Position numbers and translations under genes: made by a program
Source: Deltaproteobacteria bacterium
GTDB taxonomy: Bacteria; Myxococcota_A; UBA9160; SMWR01
Reading direction: 5' to 3'
Assembly: GCA_032128375.1 (NCBI GenBank)
Contig: JAQBGU010000183.1
Coordinates: 15,087-79,086 of the forward strand
Length of the DNA stretch: 64,000 nucleotides
Notes under the pieces: generated by a model
The model's input: the letters and a program-made list of their open reading frames with translations, nothing else
Databases searched by the model: none
What the model was told of the DNA's origin: nothing
Shown: in pieces, positions 10,067 through 18,544 of the stretch
Numbering within the stretch: position 1 is the stretch's first letter
Layout: each line of letters starts with the position of its first letter

Positions 10067-11515
10067 CTGCGCAAATCCACCGTTCTCGTCGTCGACGACG
10101 AGGAACTCTATCGTCGCGCACTCGAGCGCATCCTTCGGCGAGTCGGTCATACCGTCGTCATGGCGCGGGATGCAAGCGAGGCGCTCGCGTTGGTTGCTGA
10201 TCAGCCCATCGACCTGATGTTGGCCGACATCAAGATGCCGGGCATCAACGGGCTCGAGCTGGTCCGCCAGGTTCAGGAATACAGTCCAGACCTGCCGTGC
10301 ATCGTGATCACCGGCTACGGGAGCCCCGAACACTCGGTGGAGGCGCTGCGCGCGGGTGCGTACTGGTACCTGGAGAAGCCGTTCGATCAAGCCAACCTCG
10401 ACATCGTTCGGAGGCTCGTCGAACAAGCGATCGAGCATGGGCGCCTGAAATCCGAGAATCGGATCCTGCAGGGACAACTGCAAACCCGGTACCGCTTCGA
10501 GAACATCATTGGCCACAGCGCTGGACTGCGCCGTGTCCTCGACACAGTGTCGAAGGTTGCCGATTCGCACAGCACGGTATTGGTCACCGGTGAAAGTGGA
10601 ACCGGTAAGGAATTGGTAGCGCGCGCCATTCACTACAACAGCCCTCGCGCAGACCGGATGTTCGTCACCGTCAATTGCGGCGCTATCCCTGAAGCGCTGC
10701 TCGAATCGGAGCTGTTCGGTCACGTACGCGGCGCATTCACCAACGCGGTCAGCAATCGCGAGGGCCGTTTTGCCCTCGCGGACGAGGGCACCATCTTCCT
10801 CGACGAAATCGGCGACATGAGCCCGACTCTGCAGGTCAAGCTGCTGCGGGTGCTGCAGGACCGCACCTTCGAACCGGTCGGCTCATCCAGAACCCAGCGA
10901 GTCGATGTCCGGGTGATCGCCGCGACCAACCAAAACCTCGAAGAAGCGATCCAAGACAAGCGTTTTAGAGAGGATCTGTTCTATCGCCTCAACGTCATTC
11001 CAATCGAAATCCCCCCGCTCCGTGAGAGGCGCGACGACATCCCGCTGCTGGCAGAACATTTCTTGCGGGTGTCCAACGCAACGCGTGGCCGCGACCCGAT
11101 CGAGTTTGGCGAAGGCGTCATCGAATGCATGGCGGCCCACGGTTGGCCGGGTAATGTGCGCGAGTTCGAGAACCTCGTCGAGCGGTTGGTGACGCTTAGC
11201 GGCGGCGGTAAAATTGGACTCGCTGATCTGCCCGATAGCTTCCGAAAACAGCACCCCATCGACCCCGTCAGCATCCAGATTCCGCCGGGCGGTTTGAGCC
11301 TCAAAGACGTGGTCGACCGGATCGAAGCCAGGCTGATCCAGCAGGCGCTCGAACTCACCAGCGGCAACAAAAACCAAGCCGCACAACTGATTGGTATGAA
11401 CCGAACGACGATGCTCGAAAAAATGAAGAAAAAGGGTATCGAGTTCGATCGCCCAATGGACGATCAGTACGGGGCGAACGGCGAGACAGACCAGAGTCAG
11501 CGCCCGAGCACCTGA
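10067..11515 (+). CDS. Sigma54-dependent response regulator (NtrC/FlrC-like), probable non-canonical start
   Basis: The REC beta1 (VLVVDDEE) lies upstream of the track's ATG 10160, and there is an in-frame TGA at 10034. Motifs GESGTGKE, GAFTNA, WPGNVRE, HTH. Confidence 0.9.
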   Translation: MRKSTVLVVDDEELYRRALERILRRVGHTVVMARDASEALALVADQPIDLMLADIKMPGINGLELVRQVQEYSPDLPCIVITGYGSPEHSVEALRAGAYWYLEKPFDQANLDIVRRLVEQAIEHGRLKSENRILQGQLQTRYRFENIIGHSAGLRRVLDTVSKVADSHSTVLVTGESGTGKELVARAIHYNSPRADRMFVTVNCGAIPEALLESELFGHVRGAFTNAVSNREGRFALADEGTIFLDEIGDMSPTLQVKLLRVLQDRTFEPVGSSRTQRVDVRVIAATNQNLEEAIQDKRFREDLFYRLNVIPIEIPPLRERRDDIPLLAEHFLRVSNATRGRDPIEFGEGVIECMAAHGWPGNVREFENLVERLVTLSGGGKIGLADLPDSFRKQHPIDPVSIQIPPGGLSLKDVVDRIEARLIQQALELTSGNKNQAAQLIGMNRTTMLEKMKKKGIEFDRPMDDQYGANGETDQSQRPST

Positions 11516-11760
11516 GTTCGAAACCGAAACGGGCGACCAGGCCCGCTGCACCAGCGGCGCATCGCGGTGACGCAATTTGTGCAGCGCGCTGACGGATTCG
11601 TAACTCCTCGCGTCCAAAACCGTCGGATCCCTGACAGTCCTGCGCACTCCTGAGACCGACCGCCAACCTTGGCGGCGTTCGGTGTACACCGATTTTCGAC
11701 AAGCTTTCGTGTGCAAAAAGCACAGGAAAGGTCTGAAAATCCGGGGACCTGAGCCCTCGT

Positions 11761-11776
11761 CGGCACACGATCTGCT
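11761..11776 (+). promoter_or_regulatory. Sigma54 -24/-12 promoter, upstream copy (CGGCACACGATCTGCT)
   Basis: GG-N10-GC spacing with a GGCAC core. Confidence 0.5.
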
Positions 11777-11813
11777 GCTCGTTTCGAGCGGAGGGTCCCG
11801 ATTCCAGCCGGAT

Positions 11814-11829
11814 TGGCACACCGCGTGCT
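11814..11829 (+). promoter_or_regulatory. Sigma54 -24/-12 promoter (TGGCACACCGCGTGCT) upstream of the sigma28 gene
   Basis: TGGCAC with GG-N10-GC spacing, about 95 nt before the fliA start. Confidence 0.7.
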
Positions 11830-11924
11830 TTGTTACGCGAGACATGCACGGAGATGACGGTAGCTCGCCGGCCAATCGGAACGATGACTCAGTCGATTGC
11901 TCAGAACAGGAGAACACACGCCTA

Positions 11925-12689
11925 ATGGAAGCTCTGCTTCGCGATGCCAAGGAACTCAGTTCCGAGATCCCTCCCCCGCTCAAAGAGCAGATCGTGCTCG
12001 AACATACACCGCTGATTCGGTACATCGTCAACCGGATCGCGGTTCGGTTGCCCTCGCATATCGATCTCGATGATCTTCACAACACCGGTGTCATCGGTCT
12101 GATGGACGCGATCGAAAAATACGACCCCGAAAAAAATTGCAAGTTCAAGACCTATGCCGAATTCAGGATCAAGGGAGCCATTCTCGACCAGCTCCGCTCT
12201 CTCGACTGGGTCCCGCGCAGCGTTCGCCAAAAGAGCCGCAAGCTGGAGCGCGCCTACGGCGAAGTCGAACAGCGTCTGGGTCGGACCGCCAGTGAGGACG
12301 AGGTCGCCGATTCGCTGGGAATCCAGATCGACAAGTTCCACGAGTTGCTCAACCAGGTACGGGGAATCTCACTGGTCAATCTCGAGGAGATCCGCGGAAC
12401 CAACCCGGATGGCGACCGCACCGGAACCTTTTCGGACATTGTCGAAGACGTTCACTCCGAGAACCCGTTCGCATCGCTCAAAGTGTCTGAGAGCAAGCAG
12501 GTCATCGCCGACACGATTTCCACGCTTCCGGAGAAGGAACGGCTGGTCATCTCGCTCTATTACTACGAAGACCTGAATATGAAAGAGATCGGCGCGATTC
12601 TCGGGATCACCGAATCGCGCGTCTGCCAGATCCACACCAAATCGGTTCTGCGGCTGCGAGCCAAGTTGAAGGGCCTGGCGGAGGGCTAG
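11925..12689 (+). CDS. fliA: RNA polymerase sigma factor, FliA/WhiG (sigma28) family
   Basis: RLPSHIDLDDL, GLMDAIEKYD, RIKGAILDQLRSLDWVPRSVR, TESRVCQIH. AGGAGA RBS before ATG 11925. Confidence 0.93.
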   Translation: MEALLRDAKELSSEIPPPLKEQIVLEHTPLIRYIVNRIAVRLPSHIDLDDLHNTGVIGLMDAIEKYDPEKNCKFKTYAEFRIKGAILDQLRSLDWVPRSVRQKSRKLERAYGEVEQRLGRTASEDEVADSLGIQIDKFHELLNQVRGISLVNLEEIRGTNPDGDRTGTFSDIVEDVHSENPFASLKVSESKQVIADTISTLPEKERLVISLYYYEDLNMKEIGAILGITESRVCQIHTKSVLRLRAKLKGLAEG

Positions 12690-12798
12690 AGGAGCCTGAC
12701 CCGGCATGGGTCAGGCGGCGATTTCGCTGTGCTCACCCGGTGTCGTGCGGATGATTCGGGCCGGTCCGGTCGGATTCATTCAGACCTTCGAAACGGAC

Positions 12799-13521
12799 TC
12801 AGTGCGCTACGTCCGGGCGGAGGATGACAACTGTGATGTTGTCTTCCCCGCCGCGCTCGTTTGCTGTCTCGACCAGGCGCTGGCATGCGAGGTCGATGCT
12901 CGGAGCCGACAACACGATCTTTCCGATCTCGTGGTCTTGAACCAGGCCTGTCAGGCCATCTGAACACAACACGAACGTGTCACCGATGCAAGTCGAGAGT
13001 TCGCCGAAGTCGGCCTCGACAGCGCTTCGCACGCCGAGTGCCCGAGTGAGCACGTGTCGATGCGGGTGCGAGCGAGCATCCTGTTCCGTGATTTCGTTGC
13101 GGCGCACCAGATCACCGACGACCGAGTGATCGTCTGTGAGCTTTCGAATTCCCTCACCACGTATCAGATACGCGCGGCTATCACCGACATGGGCTAACGC
13201 AATGCTGCCCTCTCCGGTCAATGCGGCGACGATCGTGGTACCCATGCCGCGCAATTCCGGCAGCGACCGCGCCTGAGCGAAGATCTCGCGGTTGGCCGCA
13301 GACACTGAAGCTGCCAACCTCTCGCTCAACGATCCGGCGGAGCCGCCAACCGAAGCCACAGCGGCCTCAACGGCGAGCTTGCTCGCGACCTGGCCGGCCT
13401 TGTGGCCTCCCATACCGTCCGCCACAATGTAGAGTCCGAGATCGGGCGCAACCGCATAGCTGTCTTCATTTGCACGGCGTTTGCGGCCCACGTCCGACAC
13501 AGCTGCAGCCCGAAAAATCAT
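12799..13521 (-). CDS. PP2C-type Ser/Thr protein phosphatase (Stp1/PrpC)
   Basis: GRKRRANED, VADGMGGH, HVGDSRAY, LCSDGL, GGEDNIT. Confidence 0.93.
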   Translation of the reverse strand: MIFRAAAVSDVGRKRRANEDSYAVAPDLGLYIVADGMGGHKAGQVASKLAVEAAVASVGGSAGSLSERLAASVSAANREIFAQARSLPELRGMGTTIVAALTGEGSIALAHVGDSRAYLIRGEGIRKLTDDHSVVGDLVRRNEITEQDARSHPHRHVLTRALGVRSAVEADFGELSTCIGDTFVLCSDGLTGLVQDHEIGKIVLSAPSIDLACQRLVETANERGGEDNITVVILRPDVAH

Positions 13522-13621
13522 CCGTTCCGGCTCCCTGGCAATGAGCTGGCGATCGTGCAATTTCGGGTCGACCGTTGTCTTTCCACGCGGGATACTCTCC
13601 ACATCGATCGGATGAGCCCGT

Positions 13622-13635
13622 CCGACAAATGTCGG
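13622..13635. promoter_or_regulatory. Palindrome CCGACA-aa-TGTCGG in the PP2C/romR divergent region, possible transcription-factor site
   Basis: Perfect 6-bp inverted repeat with a 2-nt spacer in intergenic DNA. Confidence 0.35.
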
Positions 13636-13838
13636 GACTCCCCTAGAGACGAGTTCGGTGGATCTCTAGGAGGTCTCATCGGAATACGACGGGGAGGCCT
13701 GAATCACCTCGCACACAAGATCCGCGGCTCGGATGGAAAATGCATTCAATTTCGGGGGATCCTGCGACGATACTACTTGCTGAGGAGCACCCCGCCCGAA
13801 TGGCTCAGGCTGGCTCCGAAAGCATATCCGGGGGAATC

Positions 13839-15542
13839 ATGTCCAAGACTCTGCTGTTGGCAGACGACAGTGTCACGATCCAAAAAGTCGTGGGAATCAG
13901 TTTTGCCAGTGAAGACGTGGCGGTCATCGCGGTCGACAATGGCGATGATGCGATCGCCAGGGCGCGTGAAGAGCGTCCCGATGCGATCCTTGCGGATGTC
14001 GTGATGCCGGGCAAAAACGGTTACGAAGTCTGTGAGGCGATCAAAGCCGACCCGGCTCTCGCGCACATTCCGGTAGTGCTGCTGACTGGGACATTCGAGG
14101 CGTTCGATGCCGACCGCGCCGAGAGCGCTGGGGCAGCGGGTCACATCGCCAAACCCTTCGAATCGCAGACGTTGGTCGATATGGTCATGAAGTTGTTCTC
14201 GTCGACACCCGCTCCCGCAGTCGCCGCGGGCACGAACCCGCGGGCTGCTCGATCCCGGATCGCGATGGATATCCCGCCAGTCGCGCAGGCATCGACCCCC
14301 GACGCTCCCAGTGGGCCAGAGGCGGACGCCTTCGATTTCTTCGACGACGACCTCGAAGCGGCCGATGTCGTGGCTGAGCCGGAGCGGCTCGACGGCCACC
14401 CATCGCATGGGTTCGGCTCAGAATCCGCGTTTACTTTCAGCGAAGCAGACCTCGCACCGACAGCGGAAACGCCCTTGGCTGCTACGCAGCCGGCCCTCGC
14501 GGCCGCCGATTCCATGCGAGTTGCAGGATCTACGGCCGAGATGCCGATATCCGCAATGGCTGACGAGATCGAACCGTTCGCGGTGGTCGGCGGGCATGAG
14601 TTCGACGATGACCTCGGCCAGGATCTGTCACTCGATTCCCAGCTGGATATCGACGCCGACCTGGGCCGACCGATGTCGGTTGCCGGTGAGTTTGATGCAT
14701 CGATCACTTTCGACGACGCACCGCAACCAGGTGACTCTCTGGCGCCGCTCGATAACGCGGGCAACTCCACCGATGACCCCTTCGACTTCGCATTCGAGTC
14801 GGGCAACCCGGACCCGCTGGCGGCAAGCGACGCCGAGCTGACGCGCGTAGACGGGATCGACCTGATGCAAGATTCGACGCTATATCCCGGAGCCGGGCCG
14901 AATTTCGACGTAGCGTCGTCCGACTTCGACCCCGCTGGGTTGGGCGGGTCCGAGATGACGGTGCAATTGGGTCTCGAGCCATCCGGGCACAACATCGATA
15001 CCGGGTCGGAGCCCGAGCCGGCCGGTGACGGGGTCGTCGTCTCGCCAGATCACACATTTGGCGACTACTACAGCGCCACAGAACTCGCTACGACTGAGCC
15101 GGTCGACCTGGTTTCGAGCGAAGTCGTCGCATCGTTCGAGGGTCCCCAAACGGCACACGAACCGACGTCCGAGCCCGTATTCGAGCCGGCGGCCGACGCT
15201 GCATCCGATTTCGAAGCCCACCCGCTCCCTGACGCCCTACCCAGCTCGTCATTCGGCGCCCTCACGGCTGCTGAGACGTCTGTGTTCGATGCGTCTGATT
15301 CGAAAACAGCGGCACGCGCGCAGGCGGTCTTGGAGCAGATCGAGCCGGAATTGCGGCTGCAGCTCCACGATACGCTCGAGAAAATCGCCTGGGAGGCGTT
15401 TGCCGACCTCACGGACTCAATCGTTCGCCTATCCGTTGCCAAGGTCGAGAAAATCGCTTGGGAAGTCGTCCCTCAGCTGATCGAGACACTGGTCCGGGAA
15501 GAGATCCGCAAAATGAAGGGCGAACCTCCCAGCGACGACTAG
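13839..15542 (+). CDS. romR: RomR-like polarity response regulator (REC, long acidic linker, RomR C-terminal helices)
   Basis: REC LLADDSVTIQKVV...GTFEAFD...KPFESQ and C-terminal EKIAWEVVPQLIETLVREE match Myxococcus RomR as I recall it. Confidence 0.82.
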   Translation: MSKTLLLADDSVTIQKVVGISFASEDVAVIAVDNGDDAIARAREERPDAILADVVMPGKNGYEVCEAIKADPALAHIPVVLLTGTFEAFDADRAESAGAAGHIAKPFESQTLVDMVMKLFSSTPAPAVAAGTNPRAARSRIAMDIPPVAQASTPDAPSGPEADAFDFFDDDLEAADVVAEPERLDGHPSHGFGSESAFTFSEADLAPTAETPLAATQPALAAADSMRVAGSTAEMPISAMADEIEPFAVVGGHEFDDDLGQDLSLDSQLDIDADLGRPMSVAGEFDASITFDDAPQPGDSLAPLDNAGNSTDDPFDFAFESGNPDPLAASDAELTRVDGIDLMQDSTLYPGAGPNFDVASSDFDPAGLGGSEMTVQLGLEPSGHNIDTGSEPEPAGDGVVVSPDHTFGDYYSATELATTEPVDLVSSEVVASFEGPQTAHEPTSEPVFEPAADAASDFEAHPLPDALPSSSFGALTAAETSVFDASDSKTAARAQAVLEQIEPELRLQLHDTLEKIAWEAFADLTDSIVRLSVAKVEKIAWEVVPQLIETLVREEIRKMKGEPPSDD

Positions 15543-15699
15543 CGCCAATCAGCTCTCCATCGCCGTCGAGCCATCGAAAGCTGCCGTCTGCTCAGCGTCC
15601 TCTCCCACGCAACGGCTGTCCTCGGCTATCCTGTAGCCACTCGAAGGCTCCCGGGTGGTTGCGGTCTGCCGCGCATACTGACATCGGAGTCAATCGGTC

Positions 15700-16680
15700 A
15701 TGAGACCGGTCGATGGAGACTCGATGGGTTCCCGTTTCTACACGCCAGCCTCCGGACCGAGCGCATCAGCCACCGGAGCCACACTGCCCGCGACGAGGAC
15801 GTGGATGCCCCTGGTCGAACTCGCGGTAGCCGAAGACGTCGGCGCAGGCGATGCGACCACACCACTGATTGTCTCAGCGAGCCGCCATGGCTCGGCGATC
15901 ATCGAAGCCCGCGAGGCTTTGGTGGTGTGCGGCACGCAAGTCGCGCGCGCGGTATTCATGCTCATCGACCCGCGACTCGCGGTCACGATCCACTTGGAAG
16001 ACGGATCGTTCGCGAATCCCGGGGACGTCATCGCAACCGTCAGCGGGTCGCTGCGCAACATTCTGACAGCCGAGCGCACGGCACTGAACTTCCTGATGCG
16101 GATGTGTGGAGTCGCAACCTTCACCCGGCGCTTCACCGAGGCCGTGTCGGGGACCGGCGTTCGGATCGTCGACACACGCAAGACGCTTCCCGGTTGGCGC
16201 ACGCTCGACAAATACGCCACGGTCGTCGGCGGCGCAGCCAATCACCGCGGCGGGCTCTACGACGGTGTAATGTTGAAAGACAATCATGTCGCGATCGCCG
16301 GTGGTGTGGGACTGGCAGTGAAGGCCGCGCTGGCTGGCGCACCAGCGAATCTCCGCGTACAGGTCGAGGTAGAATCGGAGCGCCAAGCCATGGAAGCGGT
16401 CGAGGCCGGGGCCGACTACTTGATGCTCGACAACCGGACGCCCGACGAGATGCGAAGCATTGCGATCCAGCTCGGGGACCGAGCGACACTCGAGGCCACT
16501 GGCGGCGTGACCCTCGCCAACGTCCGCGAATACGCACAGACCGGCATCCATCGAATTTCGGTAGGCGCCCTCACCCACTCGGCCCCGGCCGCGGACCTCG
16601 CGATGGAAATGCTGAATCTGGAAGAGGGCGACGATCGGAGTCACGCGCCTGGGCCTGAAGACGAGGACATTGACGCATGA
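15700..16680 (+). CDS. nadC: Nicotinate-nucleotide diphosphorylase (carboxylating)
   Basis: AEDVGAGD, ERTALNFL, DTRKTLPG, LKDNH, MLDN, SVGALTHS. The true start may be further downstream. Confidence 0.95.
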   Translation: MRPVDGDSMGSRFYTPASGPSASATGATLPATRTWMPLVELAVAEDVGAGDATTPLIVSASRHGSAIIEAREALVVCGTQVARAVFMLIDPRLAVTIHLEDGSFANPGDVIATVSGSLRNILTAERTALNFLMRMCGVATFTRRFTEAVSGTGVRIVDTRKTLPGWRTLDKYATVVGGAANHRGGLYDGVMLKDNHVAIAGGVGLAVKAALAGAPANLRVQVEVESERQAMEAVEAGADYLMLDNRTPDEMRSIAIQLGDRATLEATGGVTLANVREYAQTGIHRISVGALTHSAPAADLAMEMLNLEEGDDRSHAPGPEDEDIDA

Positions 16681-17708
16681 AAGGCGGGCCGGCGCTGGTT
16701 CTCGAGGCGCTGCGCAGCGCCGGTGGCAAGACATGTTCAGGGCAGGCACTTTCCGAACTACAAGGGGTTTCCCGCGCCCAGGTCTGGAAACACGTACAGA
16801 GCTTGCGCGCGCGTGGATATCAGATCGACGCCGAGGCGGGCGAGGGGTATCGCCTCACCCAGACACCTGACCTCTTGTACGCTGAAGAGATTCTGGCCGA
16901 GCTGGATACGCGCTGGCTCGCCCGCGAAATCCACTACTTCGACGAGATCGACTCCACCAACCGCGTAGCGCTCGAGCTGGCCCGTTCCAGCTGCGCGCAC
17001 GGAACGACCGTGGTCGCCGAGAGCCAGAGTGCCGGACGCGGCCGACTGGGTCGGTCATTCTACTCACCGCCTGCCACGAACCTCTACACCTCGATCGTGC
17101 TGCGTCCGGCCATCACGACAGCGGTGGCGCCCAGCTGGATCCTCGCTTCCGCGGCAGCGGTTGCAACCACAATCGCCGCATGGCTGGCGGAGTTCGCCGA
17201 CCCGCCCGCTGGCGACGCAGTTGAGATCAAGTGGCCCAACGATGTATTGATCTCCGGTTTGAAGACCTCGGGCATCTTGATGGAGCTCGGTGCCGAGGCC
17301 GCTCGCGTCGATTTCCTGGTACTCGGCATCGGAGTCAACCTCAACGTCGACCGCGAGGTATTCCCCGAGGAATTTCGGTCTCGCGCGACCAGCCTCTACA
17401 GCCACAGCGGCAAACGCGTGGATCGGCTCGCGTTCGCGCGCCACTTGTACGTTAACCTGGAGCGGGTTTTCGACCTTTGTGGATCGCGGGGATTCGATGC
17501 CGTTCGTCCTGAGTTCGAGTCGCGATTTCGCATGCCGGGCCGGCGAGTGACGGTCTGTGAGTTCGATGGATCGCGCCTCGAAGGTACTGCGATCGGGATC
17601 GATGCCGACGGTGCGCTTCGAATCCGTCGCGATGGCCGGCCGGCCGGAACCGGCGACGAGGTCCGCGTGATCGCCGGTGACGTCACTTTGGCCAAGGAGT
17701 CCATGTGA
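16677..17708 (+). CDS. birA: Bifunctional biotin ligase / repressor
   Basis: N-terminal HTH, DSTN, QSAGRGRLGR, KWPND, GIGVN. Confidence 0.95.
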   Translation: MKGGPALVLEALRSAGGKTCSGQALSELQGVSRAQVWKHVQSLRARGYQIDAEAGEGYRLTQTPDLLYAEEILAELDTRWLAREIHYFDEIDSTNRVALELARSSCAHGTTVVAESQSAGRGRLGRSFYSPPATNLYTSIVLRPAITTAVAPSWILASAAAVATTIAAWLAEFADPPAGDAVEIKWPNDVLISGLKTSGILMELGAEAARVDFLVLGIGVNLNVDREVFPEEFRSRATSLYSHSGKRVDRLAFARHLYVNLERVFDLCGSRGFDAVRPEFESRFRMPGRRVTVCEFDGSRLEGTAIGIDADGALRIRRDGRPAGTGDEVRVIAGDVTLAKESM

Positions 17709-18544
17709 CGGTTCTGTTGGTGATCGACATCGGGAACACCAACGTGGCGTTGGGAATTTTCGACTATGCCAGCGGCGGACCTATTTCTGGCAGCCCTGCG
17801 GCAGAACTCTCCAATCACTGGCGCATGAGTACTCATCGCGAGCAAACCTCTGATGAAGTCGGTCTGACCGTTCGCACGCTGCTCGAGCAGACGGGCCGCG
17901 CCTGCTCCGACGTCACTGACTTGATCATTTCGAGCGTCGTACCTCCTCTGCTCCCAATCTGGGAGCGGGTCTCGACAAAATTGTTTGGCCGCAGCCCGCT
18001 CGTCGTCGGGCCGGGGATTCGAACCGGAATGCCGGTTCTGTACGAGAACCCGCACGAACTCGGCGCAGACCGAATCGTCAATGCGCTAGCGGCGTTCGAA
18101 CTATTCGGCGGCCCTGTGATCGCAGTGGACTTCGGGACCGCAACGACCTTCGATTGTGTATCGAAAGGCGGTGAGTATCTCGGAGGCGTAATTTTCCCCG
18201 GCATCCACACCTCGATGGAAGCGCTTTTCGAGCGTGCCTCCATGCTTCACCGGGTCGAGATCGCACGCCCGCGCAGCGTCATTGGCCGTACCACTACGGG
18301 CGCGTTGCAATCCGGCTTGCTGTACGGCTTCGCCGGCATGGTCGACTCGATGGTCGCACGGATCCGCTCCGAACTCGGGTCGGATGCGCGTGTGGTCGCC
18401 ACAGGTGGACTCGCGGGACGCGTCGCATCCGAGTGCGCCTCCATCGAGCAGGTGGAACCCTTCCTGACTTTGGAAGGGCTCCGAATGATCTTCGAGAAGA
18501 ACCGACCCAATGCCGAATCATCACGAAAGGAGCCCTCCCCATGA
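17705..18544 (+). CDS. coaX: Type III pantothenate kinase
   Basis: IDIGNTN, LGADR, VDFGTATT, ATGG. Confidence 0.95.
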   Translation: MTVLLVIDIGNTNVALGIFDYASGGPISGSPAAELSNHWRMSTHREQTSDEVGLTVRTLLEQTGRACSDVTDLIISSVVPPLLPIWERVSTKLFGRSPLVVGPGIRTGMPVLYENPHELGADRIVNALAAFELFGGPVIAVDFGTATTFDCVSKGGEYLGGVIFPGIHTSMEALFERASMLHRVEIARPRSVIGRTTTGALQSGLLYGFAGMVDSMVARIRSELGSDARVVATGGLAGRVASECASIEQVEPFLTLEGLRMIFEKNRPNAESSRKEPSP

